Below are positions 1-11,960 of a DNA stretch of 64,000 nucleotides, piece after piece; position 1 is the first letter of the stretch; each line of letters starts with the position of its first letter. Location: the NCBI GenBank assembly GCA_039586895.1, contig JBDHJM010000001.1:8882-72881 (forward strand), given 5' to 3'. This stretch comes from Gemmatimonadota bacterium. GTDB taxonomy: Bacteria; Gemmatimonadota; Gemmatimonadetes; Gemmatimonadales; GWC2-71-9. The translations under genes and the position numbers were made by a program. The notes below the pieces were generated by a model. The model was not told the DNA's origin and ran no database searches. It worked only from the letters and a program-made list of their open reading frames with translations.

Positions 1-349
1 GCTCCGGCGCGATCAAGCCGCAGACTTCTACCATGGACGTGGCCGGGCGGATGTCGCCGAACACCTCTCCGTGCGCGCGGCCCACCTCCTCCCACGCGCC
101 GATGTCGGTCACGTACATCCGGGTGCGCACCACGTCGCCAGGTGCGGCGCCCAGCTTCTCCAGCGCCGCCACCACGTTGGCCAGCGCCTGCCGCATCTGA
201 GCGTAGGCGTCGCCCGGACCCACCACGTTCCCGTCCGCGTCGATGCCCACAGTCCCCGACACGAACACGAACTGCCCCGCGCGCACCGCACGGGAATAGC
301 CCACCACACCGTCCCACTTGGTGCCGGCGGGCACGCTCGTTCTATCCAT
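1..349 (-). CDS. RidA/YjgF/RutC-family protein (N-terminal part; C-terminus lies beyond window start)
   Basis: Minus-strand ATG at 347-349 with GGAGG 5 nt upstream. The frame stays open to position 1, so it has no stop in the window and is absent from the ORF track. Translation MDRTSVPAGTKWDGVVGYSRAVRAGQFVFVSGTVGIDADGNVV...RMYVTDIGAWEEV is typical of the family. Confidence 0.8.
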   Translation of the reverse strand, partial: MDRTSVPAGTKWDGVVGYSRAVRAGQFVFVSGTVGIDADGNVVGPGDAYAQMRQALANVVAALEKLGAAPGDVVRTRMYVTDIGAWEEVGRAHGEVFGDIRPATSMVEVCGLIAPE

Positions 350-427
350 CAGTACCTCCAGAAAGGTCGGTGTTGGGTGCGGCGCCGGGGCGGGCGGCTG
401 ACGTTGAGGTGGCCACGGCGCCCCAGC

Positions 428-522
428 TGAGAGTGCGGGGTAATCCCGCGCACCGAGGCTGCCAGGGGTGGGGGGAGGAAGGCCGCACGGAGCCGAGCAA
501 GCGGGAGTACCCCGCACTCTCA
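428..522. repeat. Perfect 15-bp inverted repeat (TGAGAGTGCGGGGTA ... TACCCCGCACTCTCA) enclosing 65 nt
   Basis: Arms at 428-442 and 508-522 are exact reverse complements. The right arm contains the EamA stop codon. An inner CCCGC(445-449)/GCGGG(501-505) pair extends the structure. Confidence 0.7.
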
Positions 523-1455
523 ACTGTCAGCGACCCCGTGGCCATCTCCAACGGGAGCCGCCGCGCGCGGCGCGGGCTCGGCGCGCCGCACCCACACCAC
601 CGACCCCAGAATGATCGTCATGGCCACGAACGTCCGCGCCGACACATGCTCCGACAGCACCACCCACCCGAGCAGCACCGCCACGATCGTGTTCACGTAC
701 ACCGAGGTTCCCACGAACGCCGGCGCCGCGTGGCGCAGCAGGTACACGTAGCTGGTGTAAGCCACGATGGACCCGAACACGATGAGGTAGGCCACGGCCG
801 CGAAGCCCTGGAGCGAGAAGGTCAGACGCCCCGCTTCGCCGGAAACCAGTCCGACCAGAGCGAGCGCGCCGCCCCCGAACAGCATCTGCAGCGCCGAAAA
901 AACGTACGGGCTGGCCTTCACCGGATGGCGCTTGGAGAAGATCGAGCCGACCGACCAGGCGAACGCCGCGGCCACGACCCCCACCGGCCCCCACCAGCCC
1001 GCATGCCCCAGCGCCTCGGGATTGCCGCCCACCAGCAGGATCACGCCGCCGAAGCCCACCAGCAGAGCGGCGAACTGGCGCCACGTGGGGCGTGCCTCGC
1101 TGCCCGGGACGAGGGCGTCGAGCGCGGCCATCATCAGGGCTCCCGTGACCACGAGGATTGCGGCCGTGCCGGACTCCACCGACTGCTCGGCCCATATCAC
1201 GAGCCCGTTCCCGAGGGCGAGCAGCAGCACCCCCACGACGGCGGCGATGCCCCAGTCGCGCGGCTGCCGCGGCAGCCGGCGTCCGAGTGCGAGCGAGATG
1301 ATGAGCAGCAGGGTGCCGGCCGTGAGGAACCGGATGCCGCCGAACAGCGCCGGCGGCATGTGACTCACCCCGATCCGGATGGCTAGATAGGTGGAACCCC
1401 AGATGAGCGAGACGACGGCGTAGGCAGCGAGAACGCCGCCCCGGAGGGGCGTCAC
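520..1455 (-). CDS. EamA/DMT-family transporter
   Basis: 311-aa ORF, about 10 hydrophobic segments. N-terminus ...VVSLIWGSTYLAIRIGV... is typical of the EamA duplication. Confidence 0.9.
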   Translation of the reverse strand: MTPLRGGVLAAYAVVSLIWGSTYLAIRIGVSHMPPALFGGIRFLTAGTLLLIISLALGRRLPRQPRDWGIAAVVGVLLLALGNGLVIWAEQSVESGTAAILVVTGALMMAALDALVPGSEARPTWRQFAALLVGFGGVILLVGGNPEALGHAGWWGPVGVVAAAFAWSVGSIFSKRHPVKASPYVFSALQMLFGGGALALVGLVSGEAGRLTFSLQGFAAVAYLIVFGSIVAYTSYVYLLRHAAPAFVGTSVYVNTIVAVLLGWVVLSEHVSARTFVAMTIILGSVVWVRRAEPAPRAAAPVGDGHGVADS

Positions 1456-1470
1456 GTGGACCGCCCCGGT

Positions 1471-1893
1471 CTAGGGCTCGACGTTGGTCGTGTCCGGCTG
1501 CGCCCCGATCAGCGTGTAGATCGTCCCCGGCGGATCCTCGCGGTCGCGGATGATGATCCACAGCGGGGGTCCGTCCCGCACCGCGTGAATCGTGATCTCG
1601 CCGTCAGGCGAGCGCGCATCGCCCACGATGTCCCAGCCCGTCCGATCCAGGGTTCGGCGGTACCAGACCGCCACCGTGTCGGGGCTGCGGCCGCTGGCGA
1701 ACGTGGTCTGGAGCGCCTGCCCCGTGCCGGAATAGGAGACCATTACGGAGAGCGGGAATATCCACACCTTCTCCAGCACGTTGACGGACGGCATCTCCTG
1801 CTCCGGCTCACGCTCACCGCAGGCAGCCGCGAGGAGCGACCCGGCAGCAAGGGCCCAGACGAAACCGGTCCTGATACGATTCCATTTGTCCAT
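1471..1893 (-). CDS. Hypothetical lipoprotein
   Basis: 140-aa ORF with signal peptide and lipobox (SLLAAAC). GC3-rich coding frame. No recognised domain. Confidence 0.6.
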   Translation of the reverse strand: MDKWNRIRTGFVWALAAGSLLAAACGEREPEQEMPSVNVLEKVWIFPLSVMVSYSGTGQALQTTFASGRSPDTVAVWYRRTLDRTGWDIVGDARSPDGEITIHAVRDGPPLWIIIRDREDPPGTIYTLIGAQPDTTNVEP

Positions 1894-1938
1894 AGCGCGA
1901 GAAGCCTAGCCACCTCCGATGCCGGGGGCAAGCTCCGG

Positions 1939-1967
1939 TTGGTCTCGGTCTCGGGCACCCGTATATT
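1939..1967 (+). promoter_or_regulatory. Sigma-70-like promoter candidate for the yebC-led gene array
   Basis: TTGGTC (1939-1944), 17-nt spacer, TATATT (1962-1967). Lies about 45 nt upstream of the yebC ATG in a 116-nt divergent spacer. Confidence 0.5.
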
Positions 1968-2009
1968 TCCCGACGGTTCAGGGGTTCGAGCACGCGGGGA
2001 GCGCTGCAC

Positions 2010-2759
2010 ATGGCCGGTCACAGCAAATGGGCTCAGATCAAGCGCAAGAAGGCGGTAACCGACGCCAAGCGCGGAGCCCTTTTCACCAAGCTCATCAAGG
2101 AGCTGACCGTCGCCGCGCGCGACGGTGGCGGTGATCCGGACGGCAACCCCCGCCTCCGCACGGCCATCGATACGGCGAAGGCCGCCAACATGCCCTACGA
2201 CAACATCGAACGCGCAATCAAGAAGGGCACGGGCGAGCTCGAGGGCGTTCGCTACGTGGAAGCCACGTACGAGGGCTATGGACCCGGCGGCGCAGCCATC
2301 CTGATCCACGTCACCACCGACAACCTGAACCGCACGGTGGCCTCCATTCGCCACGCCTTCTCCAAGAACGGCGGCAGCCTCGGCGAGCCCAACTCCGTGG
2401 CGTGGATCTTCGACAAGCGCGGGCAGATCTTCCTCGACGCAGCCCGGTACCCGGAGGAGGCTGCGATGGAGGCGGCGCTCGAGGCGGGCGGGGACGATCT
2501 GGTCACCGAAGGCGATCAGCACATCGTGACCGTTCAGCCCACCGAGCTGCACCGGGTGCGCGACGCACTCCACGCACAGGGAGTCGAGTCGGCGGGGGTC
2601 GAAATCGCGATGATCCCACGCACCACGGTGCGCATCGAGGGCAGGGACGCGGAGCAGCTGCTCAGGCTGATGGACGTGCTCGAGGAGCACGAGGACGTCT
2701 CCACGGTGTACAGCAACTTCGACATCGACGCGGAGACCCTCACGGCGGTCGGCGGGTGA
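2010..2759 (+). CDS. yebC: YebC/PmpR-family DNA-binding regulator
   Basis: MAGHSKWAQIKRKKAVTDAKRG... is the hallmark N-terminus. 249 aa. Confidence 0.95.
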   Translation: MAGHSKWAQIKRKKAVTDAKRGALFTKLIKELTVAARDGGGDPDGNPRLRTAIDTAKAANMPYDNIERAIKKGTGELEGVRYVEATYEGYGPGGAAILIHVTTDNLNRTVASIRHAFSKNGGSLGEPNSVAWIFDKRGQIFLDAARYPEEAAMEAALEAGGDDLVTEGDQHIVTVQPTELHRVRDALHAQGVESAGVEIAMIPRTTVRIEGRDAEQLLRLMDVLEEHEDVSTVYSNFDIDAETLTAVGG

Positions 2760-3247
2760 CACTGCGCGTGCTGGGCATCGATCCCGGCACGGCGGTGACC
2801 GGCTACGGCGTGCTGGAGCCGGCGTCCGGCAAGAGGCCGGCCCAGCTGGTCGAGTGCGGTGTGATCCGCACGAATCCCAACGACGAAATGTCCCGGCGTA
2901 TCGCCGCCGTCTTCGAGGGAGTGACCGAGCTGATCGAGCGCCACCGGCCCTCGGTGCTCGCCCTGGCGAGCGTCTTTTACGGCAAGAACGTGCACACCAC
3001 CGTCACCCTGGGGCACGTGCGCGGCGTGATACTCCTCGCGGCGGCACAGGCAGAGCTCGACGTGGCCGAGTTCGCACCGGCCACGGTCAAGAAGAACGTG
3101 GTCGGCGCCGGCGGGGCGTCGAAGTCACAGGTCGGCTACATGGTGCAGCGTCTGCTCAATCTGGAGGCTCCTCCCGCGCCGAACGACGCGGCCGACGGCG
3201 TGGCCATCGGACTCACCTACCTGCTGACCCGGCGAGTGCCCGCGTGA
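2756..3247 (+). CDS. ruvC: Holliday junction resolvase RuvC
   Basis: GTG 2756 overlaps the yebC TGA (GTGA). VLGIDPGTAVTGYGVLE... and ...DAADGVAIGLTY motifs present. Confidence 0.95.
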   Translation: MTLRVLGIDPGTAVTGYGVLEPASGKRPAQLVECGVIRTNPNDEMSRRIAAVFEGVTELIERHRPSVLALASVFYGKNVHTTVTLGHVRGVILLAAAQAELDVAEFAPATVKKNVVGAGGASKSQVGYMVQRLLNLEAPPAPNDAADGVAIGLTYLLTRRVPA

Positions 3248-3837
3248 TAGCCGGCGTGAGCGGCCGGCTCCTCTCCAAGACCGGTGACCGCGTGGTCGTC
3301 GCCACCGCAGGCGGCGTCACCTACGCGATCGGCGTGCCGCTGGGAGTGCTGGAGCACATGCCCGCCGAGGGCGCGGAGGTGAGCCTCAAGACGGTGCCGG
3401 TAGTGCGCGAGGACGGGTGGGCGCTGTACGGCTTCATGGAGGATCACGAGCGGGACGTGTTCCAGCGGCTGCTGGGCGCCTCGGGGGTGGGCCCGCGGCT
3501 GGCGCTGGCTCTGCTGTCCACTCTCGGCGGGGCGCGCGTGGTGCGCTCCATAAAGGAGAACGACCTCGCGGCGCTGTGCACGGTTCCAGGGATCGGCAAG
3601 AAGACGGCCGAGCGCATCGTGCTGGAGCTGCGCGACCGGCTCGGCGACATAGCCGTTCCCGGGCTGCCCGAGGCCACCGCGGGTCCCAGCGACCAGGCGG
3701 TCCAGGCGCTCGTCAATTTGGGCTACAACGCGGCCGACGCCGAACGCGCGGTTCGGGAGGCCGTGTCCCAGCACACTGGAGACGAGCCGGTTGACCTCAT
3801 TCGCGGGGCGCTGCAACTGTTAACCAAGCCGAAATAG
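3244..3837 (+). CDS. ruvA: Holliday junction branch-migration complex subunit RuvA
   Basis: GTG 3244 overlaps the ruvC TGA. VIAGVSGRL...GVTYAIGVPL..., HhH region ...VPGIGKKTAERIVLELRDR. Confidence 0.93.
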   Translation: MIAGVSGRLLSKTGDRVVVATAGGVTYAIGVPLGVLEHMPAEGAEVSLKTVPVVREDGWALYGFMEDHERDVFQRLLGASGVGPRLALALLSTLGGARVVRSIKENDLAALCTVPGIGKKTAERIVLELRDRLGDIAVPGLPEATAGPSDQAVQALVNLGYNAADAERAVREAVSQHTGDEPVDLIRGALQLLTKPK

Positions 3838-3847
3838 GCACTGAGCG

Positions 3848-4012
3848 ATGATGACTGCCGAGTGGAACTGCACCAAGTGCGGAGTGACCAACCGCAAGCT
3901 CGTCACACCAACACAGACCGAGGTGGACGACAGGTGCGTCACCTGCCACGCCAAGCACCGCGTCACCAGGGGTGAGCGGCCGGTGCGATGGGAGGCGGAC
4001 TCCTCCAAGTGA
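3848..4012 (+). CDS. Unannotated 54-aa zinc-ribbon protein (CxxC-N20-CxxC)
   Basis: ATG 3848 to TGA 4010-4012, translation [54 protein letters not shown]. Third-codon positions are overwhelmingly G/C, as in neighbouring genes. Below the ORF-track size cut-off. The stop overlaps a ruvB GTG (GTGA). Confidence 0.55.
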   Translation: MMTAEWNCTKCGVTNRKLVTPTQTEVDDRCVTCHAKHRVTRGERPVRWEADSSK

Positions 4013-5047
4013 GCCGCACCGAGATCACCACCCCCGAAGCGCTCCCCGAGGAGTCGTCGGCCGAGGCGTCGCTCAGACCCTCGCGGCTGGACGAGTTCGT
4101 GGGCCAGGCAACCGTCAAGGAGAACCTGCAGATCGCGATCGACGCGGCGACCCAGCGGGGCGAGCCGCTCGATCACGTGCTGTTCTTCGGGCCGCCCGGT
4201 CTCGGCAAGACCACGCTGGCCATCCTGATCGCGAAGGAGATGGGGGTGAACATCCGCACCACCAGCGGACCCGTGCTGGAGAAGGCCGGGGACCTGGTTG
4301 GCATGCTCACCACGCTTCGGAGCGGCGACGTCTTGTTCATCGACGAGATCCACCGCCTGCGGCCCGCGCTGGAGGAGTTCCTCTACCCGGCCATGGAGGA
4401 CTACCGGGTGGACGTGCGCATCGCCGAGGGCCCCAACGCGCAGACGATCCCCATGGAGGTGGAACCGTTCACCCTGATCGGGGCGTCCACGCGCTACGGC
4501 ATGCTCACCCCTCCCATGCGGGCCCGGTTCGGACTGGTCGAGCGGCTGGGCTACTATCCCACCGAAGACCTGCAGCGGATAGTGGAGCGCTCGGCAGGGA
4601 TCCTCGAGGTGGGGATGGAAACAGAGGGCGCCGCCGAGATCGCCAAGCGCAGCCGCGGCACGCCGCGCGTCGCCAACCGCCTGCTGCGCCGCGTGCGGGA
4701 CTACGCACAGGTGCGGGCCGACGGCACCGTCACCCCCGACGTGGCACAGGCCGCGCTCGCGCGCCTCAACGTGGACGAGTACGGGCTCGACGACATGGAC
4801 GCGCGCATCCTCCAGATCATAATCGAGAAGTTCGACGGCGGACCGGTCGGGCTGAATACGATTGCCGTGGCCGTGGGAGAGGACCCGGGCACGCTGGAGG
4901 AGGTCTACGAGCCGTTCCTCATACAGCAGGGCTTCCTGCACCGTACGCCGCGGGGCCGCACGGCCAGTCCCGCAGCCTACCGCCACTTCGGGTACAACCC
5001 GCCGGCGGCGCCTGGCGAGCAGCAGTCGATGTTCGGCGACCAGCCCG

Positions 5048-5055
<8 letters not shown>
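4009..5055 (+). CDS. ruvB: Holliday junction ATP-dependent DNA helicase RuvB
   Basis: [12 protein letters not shown]..., Walker [12 protein letters not shown], Walker [10 protein letters not shown]. Start is either GTG 4009 (4-nt overlap with the upstream mini-ORF) or ATG 3988. Confidence 0.95.
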
Positions 5056-7549
<2,494 letters not shown>

Positions 7550-7550
<1 letters not shown>

Positions 7551-8083
7551 TGAGCCTGCGCCCGATCCACCTGCTGGGATCTCCCGTGCTGCGCGAGCGC
7601 TCCGCCGAGATCGGGCAGGTGGACGACGAGGTGCGGCAGCTGGTAGCCGACCTGTTCGAGACCATGGAGGCCGACAACGGCATCGGGCTCGCAGCCAACC
7701 AGGTGGGACTCGCGCAGCGCGTGGCAGTCGTGCGCACGGAAGAGGACGGATCGGACTCGGTGGTTCTCATCGACCCCGTGGTCCTGGAGCGAGAGGGAAC
7801 GGTGAAGGGCGAGGAAGGATGCCTCTCGATCCCGGACATCTTCGGCGACGTGGAGCGGTCGGCACGCATCGTGATCGAGACCACTACCCTCGACAACGAG
7901 CGTGTGCGCATCGAGGCGACCGAGCTGAGGTCGCGCGCGATCCAGCACGAGATCGACCACCTCGACGGCATCCTGTTCCTGGACCACCTGAGTCCACTGA
8001 AGCGCAGGATGCTGATGAAGAAGTGGCAGAAGCAGCGCAAGGGAAAGACGGGCCACACCAAGGAAGTCGTCCCCGGAGTCTGA
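7550..8083 (+). CDS. def: Peptide deformylase
   Basis: GIGLAANQVG, EGCLSIP and HEIDHLDG motifs. 177 aa. Confidence 0.95.
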
Positions 8084-8084
8084 G

Positions 8085-9020
8085 ATGCGCCTCGTCTTCT
8101 TCGGCACTCCCGACTTTGCAGTCCCCTCCCTGCGCGCCCTGCTGGGAGAGGGCTTCGACGTCGCGGCCGTCGTGAGCCAGCCCGACCGCCCCCATGGACG
8201 CTCCCGCTCCAAGCTGGTCCCGCCGCCTGTGAAGGTGGTGGCCCAGGAAGAGGGCGTCCCCGTTCTGCAGCCGGAGAAGCCCAACGCGGAGGAGTTCCTG
8301 GGCGAGCTGGGCGGGCTGGGGCCGTTCGACCTCGGCGTGGTCGTGGCCTACGGCCACATCCTGAAGCCCGCACTGCTCGAGCTTCCCGCTCGCGGCATGG
8401 TGAACGTGCACGCTTCCCTGCTGCCGCTGCTGCGCGGAGCGGCGCCGATAGAGCACGCCATAATCGAGGGCTTCACCGAGACAGGCGTCTCTATCATGCG
8501 GATGGAGGCCGGCATGGACACCGGACCGGTGCTGCACGCGGTGTCCACACCCATCCCGGCGGACGAGACCGGAGGGGAGCTCTCCGTGCGGCTGGCCGAG
8601 ATCGGGGCTCTCGCTCTGATAGAGGCGCTGGCGCTGCTCGAGGTCGACGCGGCGGAGTTCGCGGCGCAGGACCACGACCAGGCGACCTTCGCACCCAAGA
8701 TCACGCGTGAGCTGACTCAGATCGGTTGGGACCGACCGACGGAGCAGGTGGCGCGCCAGGTGCGCGCGTTCGACCCCAGGCCCGGCGCGTGGACCACGCT
8801 CGCGGGGCGCGAGCTCAAGCTGTTTGGGCCCATGCCGGCGGACGAGTGGGAGGTTGACGAGGTGCCCGGCGAGGTCGTCGAGACGGACCCGGCCTTCGTG
8901 GTCGCCACCGCCGACGGCGCGCTCCAGTTCCTCGACGTGCAGCCGGCAGGCAGGCACCGCATGGCCGCCAGGGAGTGGCTGCGTGGCCGTGCCTGCAAGA
9001 AGGGCGACCGCTTCGAGTGA
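8085..9020 (+). CDS. fmt: Methionyl-tRNA formyltransferase
   Basis: MRLVFFGTPDFAVPSL...NVHASLLPLLRGAAPI...; canonical position after def. Confidence 0.95.
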   Translation: MRLVFFGTPDFAVPSLRALLGEGFDVAAVVSQPDRPHGRSRSKLVPPPVKVVAQEEGVPVLQPEKPNAEEFLGELGGLGPFDLGVVVAYGHILKPALLELPARGMVNVHASLLPLLRGAAPIEHAIIEGFTETGVSIMRMEAGMDTGPVLHAVSTPIPADETGGELSVRLAEIGALALIEALALLEVDAAEFAAQDHDQATFAPKITRELTQIGWDRPTEQVARQVRAFDPRPGAWTTLAGRELKLFGPMPADEWEVDEVPGEVVETDPAFVVATADGALQFLDVQPAGRHRMAAREWLRGRACKKGDRFE

Positions 9021-9661
9021 GCCGTCCCGTCCCGCGGCTGCACGCCGTAACCAACCAGACAGTCATTGCCCTTCCCGATCTAGCCGCGCGCGCGGAGCGC
9101 ATCGCGGCTGCGGGTGCCGATGCGGGCACAGCTGCGATTGCGGCCGCGGGCGCAGTTGCACTGCACGCTCGCGCCGGCCGGGTGGACGCCGTGCGCGTGG
9201 TGGAGCTGGGCCGCCTGCTGTGCGAGGCGGGTGCCACCGTGCTGGTCAACGACCGCGTGGACGCGGTGGTGGCCGCCGGCGCCGCCGGAGTCCACCTGCC
9301 GGCCGACGGACTGCCGGTGGATGTGGCGCGCAGCCTGTTGGGATCGGAGGCTCTGATCGGACGCTCCACCCACTCTCCGGAAGAGGCGCGGGGCGCAGCC
9401 GAGGCCGGCGCCGATTACGTGTTCCTGGGCCCCATCTGGGAGACGCCGTCGCACCCGGGCGCTGCGGCCCTCGGACCCGCGGCACTCGAGGCCGCTGCCG
9501 TGACGGCCGCCGCGCCCGTGATCGCGATCGGCGGCGTCACCCCCGAGCGGGCCCGGATTGCGCACGAGGCCGGGGCGTGGGGCGCAGCCGCCATCAGCGC
9601 GCTGTGGCTGGGCGACGACCCGGAGGCGGCCGCGCGGGTGATGCTGCTATCTTTTGTTTGA
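9017..9661 (+). CDS. thiE: Thiamine-phosphate synthase
   Basis: RLHAVTN...LVNDRVD...GVHLP...IGRSTHS...ADYVFLGPIWETPSH...IGGV. GTG 9017 overlaps the fmt TGA (GTGA). Confidence 0.9.
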   Translation: MSRPVPRLHAVTNQTVIALPDLAARAERIAAAGADAGTAAIAAAGAVALHARAGRVDAVRVVELGRLLCEAGATVLVNDRVDAVVAAGAAGVHLPADGLPVDVARSLLGSEALIGRSTHSPEEARGAAEAGADYVFLGPIWETPSHPGAAALGPAALEAAAVTAAAPVIAIGGVTPERARIAHEAGAWGAAAISALWLGDDPEAAARVMLLSFV

Positions 9662-9662
9662 G

Positions 9663-9875
9663 ATGCCCAATTCCATAACGGTCATCGTGAACGGTGATGA
9701 GCGGCGCTTCGACGACGGGCTGTCGCTCATCGATCTGCTGGAGCGGCTCGAGCTGGACCCGCGTGGCGTGGTCGTCGAGCTCAACCGGGAGATCGTGCGC
9801 CGGCCCGACCTGGGCCAAACCACCGTGGCCGACGGTGACCAGATCGAGCTGGTGCACTTCGTGGGGGGCGGGTGA
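9663..9875 (+). CDS. thiS: Sulfur-carrier protein ThiS
   Basis: 70 aa, beta-grasp-like, ends ...[10 protein letters not shown] (C-terminal GG). Followed by thiG. Confidence 0.85.
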   Translation: MPNSITVIVNGDERRFDDGLSLIDLLERLELDPRGVVVELNREIVRRPDLGQTTVADGDQIELVHFVGGG

Positions 9876-9906
9876 GCGTCGCACCGATAGGGAAGGAACG
9901 CACGGA

Positions 9907-10704
9907 ATGAGCACTGCGGTAAAGGCAGCCACCGACCGACCGCTCGTAATCGGCGGGCGCGAGTTCGGCTCCAGGCTGATGGTCGGGACCGGGAAGTACG
10001 CGGACAACGAGACCATGGTGCACGCCATCGAGGCTTCGGGCGCCGAGGTCATCACCGTGGCGGTGCGCCGCGTGGATCTGGACCGCACCAAGGAAGAGGG
10101 CATCCTGTTCCATCTCGACCCCAAGAAGCATTTCCTGCTCGCCAACACGGCGGGGTGCTACAGCGCCGAGGACGCGATCCGCTACGCCCGCCTGGCGCGC
10201 GAGGCGGGGTTCAACGAGTTCATCAAGCTGGAAGTCATCGGCGACCAGGAAACCCTGCTGCCGGACGTGGAGGGCCTGCTCGAGGCCACCCGAACCCTGG
10301 TGCAGGAGGGCTTCAAGGTGATGGCCTACACCAACGAAGACCTCATCACGGCCCTCAAGCTGGAGGACGCGGGCTGCGAGGCCGTCATGCCGCTGGCGTC
10401 ACCCATCGGGAGCGGGTTGGGCCTCATCAACCCGTACACCGTGCGCACCATCAAGCGGCGCCTCACGAAGCCGGTCATCGTGGACGCCGGGGTGGGCACC
10501 GCTTCGGACGCCTGCATCACGATGGAGCAGGGCGTGGACGGCATCCTCATGAACACGGCCATAGCAGCCGCGACGGACCCGGTAGCCATGGGCGGCGCGA
10601 TGCGGCACGCCGTTGAAGCGGGGCGGCTCGCGTATCTCGCCGGCCGCATGCCGAAGCGCGAGATCGCCGTCCCGTCGAGTCCCACGGCCGGCATGCTCGA
10701 CTGA
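9907..10704 (+). CDS. thiG: Thiazole synthase
   Basis: [19 protein letters not shown]...IKLEVIGD...LLPD...[13 protein letters not shown]...[11 protein letters not shown]. Confidence 0.95.
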   Translation: MSTAVKAATDRPLVIGGREFGSRLMVGTGKYADNETMVHAIEASGAEVITVAVRRVDLDRTKEEGILFHLDPKKHFLLANTAGCYSAEDAIRYARLAREAGFNEFIKLEVIGDQETLLPDVEGLLEATRTLVQEGFKVMAYTNEDLITALKLEDAGCEAVMPLASPIGSGLGLINPYTVRTIKRRLTKPVIVDAGVGTASDACITMEQGVDGILMNTAIAAATDPVAMGGAMRHAVEAGRLAYLAGRMPKREIAVPSSPTAGMLD

Positions 10705-10706
10705 GG

Positions 10707-11960
10707 GTGGCCGCAGGGAGCGACGCCCGCGACGCCGCCTACGGGATCCTCTCCCGGGTGCGCGGCGGCCAGCCCTTCGATGCGGCGCTGGACCACACCA
10801 CTTCGGAACTGGAAGCCGTCGACCGCCGTCTGGCCCACGAGATCGCGGCCGGCGTGCTGCGCTCGCGCTCCGAGCTGGACCGGCAGCTCGCGCCGCTCGT
10901 GTCCGGCAGTTGGGGGCGCACGCCCGACGACCTCAAGGACCTGCTGCGGATCGGAGCGTACCAGCTGATCGTGCTCACCCGCGTCCCCTCCTATGCCGCG
11001 GTGCAGGCCACGGTGGAAGCGGCCAAGTCCGTGCACGGCAAACGGGGAGCCGGCATGGTCAACGCCGTGCTGCGGCGGCTTGAGAGAGAGGGCGCCGCCC
11101 CCCTTCCCGACGAAGCCGGGCTCGCGCAGCGCTTCTCGCATCCGGACTGGCTGGTGGCGCGCTGGCAGGAGCGGTTCGGGACGGAGCGCACCACGGCTCT
11201 GCTGGAGCACAACAACCGGCGCCCTGCACTGGTGGTGCAGCCCGCCCGCGGCAGCGCCGCGGAGCTGCGCACGTCGTTCGCCGCCGCCGGTATCGAGGTG
11301 CGCGATGCCCCGCTCGGCAGCGGGCTGGTGGTGGCCGAGCCGCCGCCGGTCAGCGACCTCCCCGGCTTTGCCGCCGGCCTGTTCGTAGTACAGGACGCCG
11401 CGCAGGCCCGCCTGCTGGAGTTCGCTGCGGTTCCGGAGGGAGCGCTCGTGTGGGACGCCTGCGCCGCACCCGGCGGAAAGGCGGCAGCCTTGGCGCGGAC
11501 TTGCCGGGTGGTGGCTTCGGAGCTGAGGCGCGAGCGCCTCGCCTCGCTGAAGGACACCGCGGCGCGGGCAGCCCCGGGAGCGGACCTGTTGCTGGCCGAC
11601 GCGCTCGACCCTCCGATCCGCCCCGGGGCGGCAGACGCTGTTCTCCTGGACGCTCCCTGCAGTGCCACGGGCACCGTGGCCCGCCACCCCGATGCGCGCT
11701 GGCGCCTCTCGCCCGAGGGGATCGCCCGCCAGGCGGGCCGCCAGGCGGCATTGCTCGATCGCGTGGCCCCGGTAGTAGGAACCGGGGGTCTGCTGCTATA
11801 TATGACATGCTCGCTGGAGCCCGAAGAGAACGAAGCCCAAGTGGATGCGTTCCTCCAGCGGCATTCCGAATTCGCTCGCGAGGGTGACGACCTGTTCATC
11901 TTTCCTCCCGACGCGGGAACCGACGGCGGCTACGCGGCGCGCCTGAGGCGGACCGCATGA
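10707..11960 (+). CDS. rsmB: 16S rRNA (cytosine-C5)-methyltransferase RsmB/Sun
   Basis: NusB-like N-domain plus SAM-MTase core (...DACAAPGGKA...LLDAPCSATGTVARHPD...YMTCSLEPEENE). Confidence 0.9.
   Translation: MAAGSDARDAAYGILSRVRGGQPFDAALDHTTSELEAVDRRLAHEIAAGVLRSRSELDRQLAPLVSGSWGRTPDDLKDLLRIGAYQLIVLTRVPSYAAVQATVEAAKSVHGKRGAGMVNAVLRRLEREGAAPLPDEAGLAQRFSHPDWLVARWQERFGTERTTALLEHNNRRPALVVQPARGSAAELRTSFAAAGIEVRDAPLGSGLVVAEPPPVSDLPGFAAGLFVVQDAAQARLLEFAAVPEGALVWDACAAPGGKAAALARTCRVVASELRRERLASLKDTAARAAPGADLLLADALDPPIRPGAADAVLLDAPCSATGTVARHPDARWRLSPEGIARQAGRQAALLDRVAPVVGTGGLLLYMTCSLEPEENEAQVDAFLQRHSEFAREGDDLFIFPPDAGTDGGYAARLRRTA

Noticed and set aside
8880-9020. TPP (THI-box) riboswitch ahead of thiE
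   Set aside because: There is no intergenic space, because thiE overlaps fmt. I could not recognise the conserved CUGAGA / ACCUGA-type elements in the fmt 3' end. This was not verified computationally.
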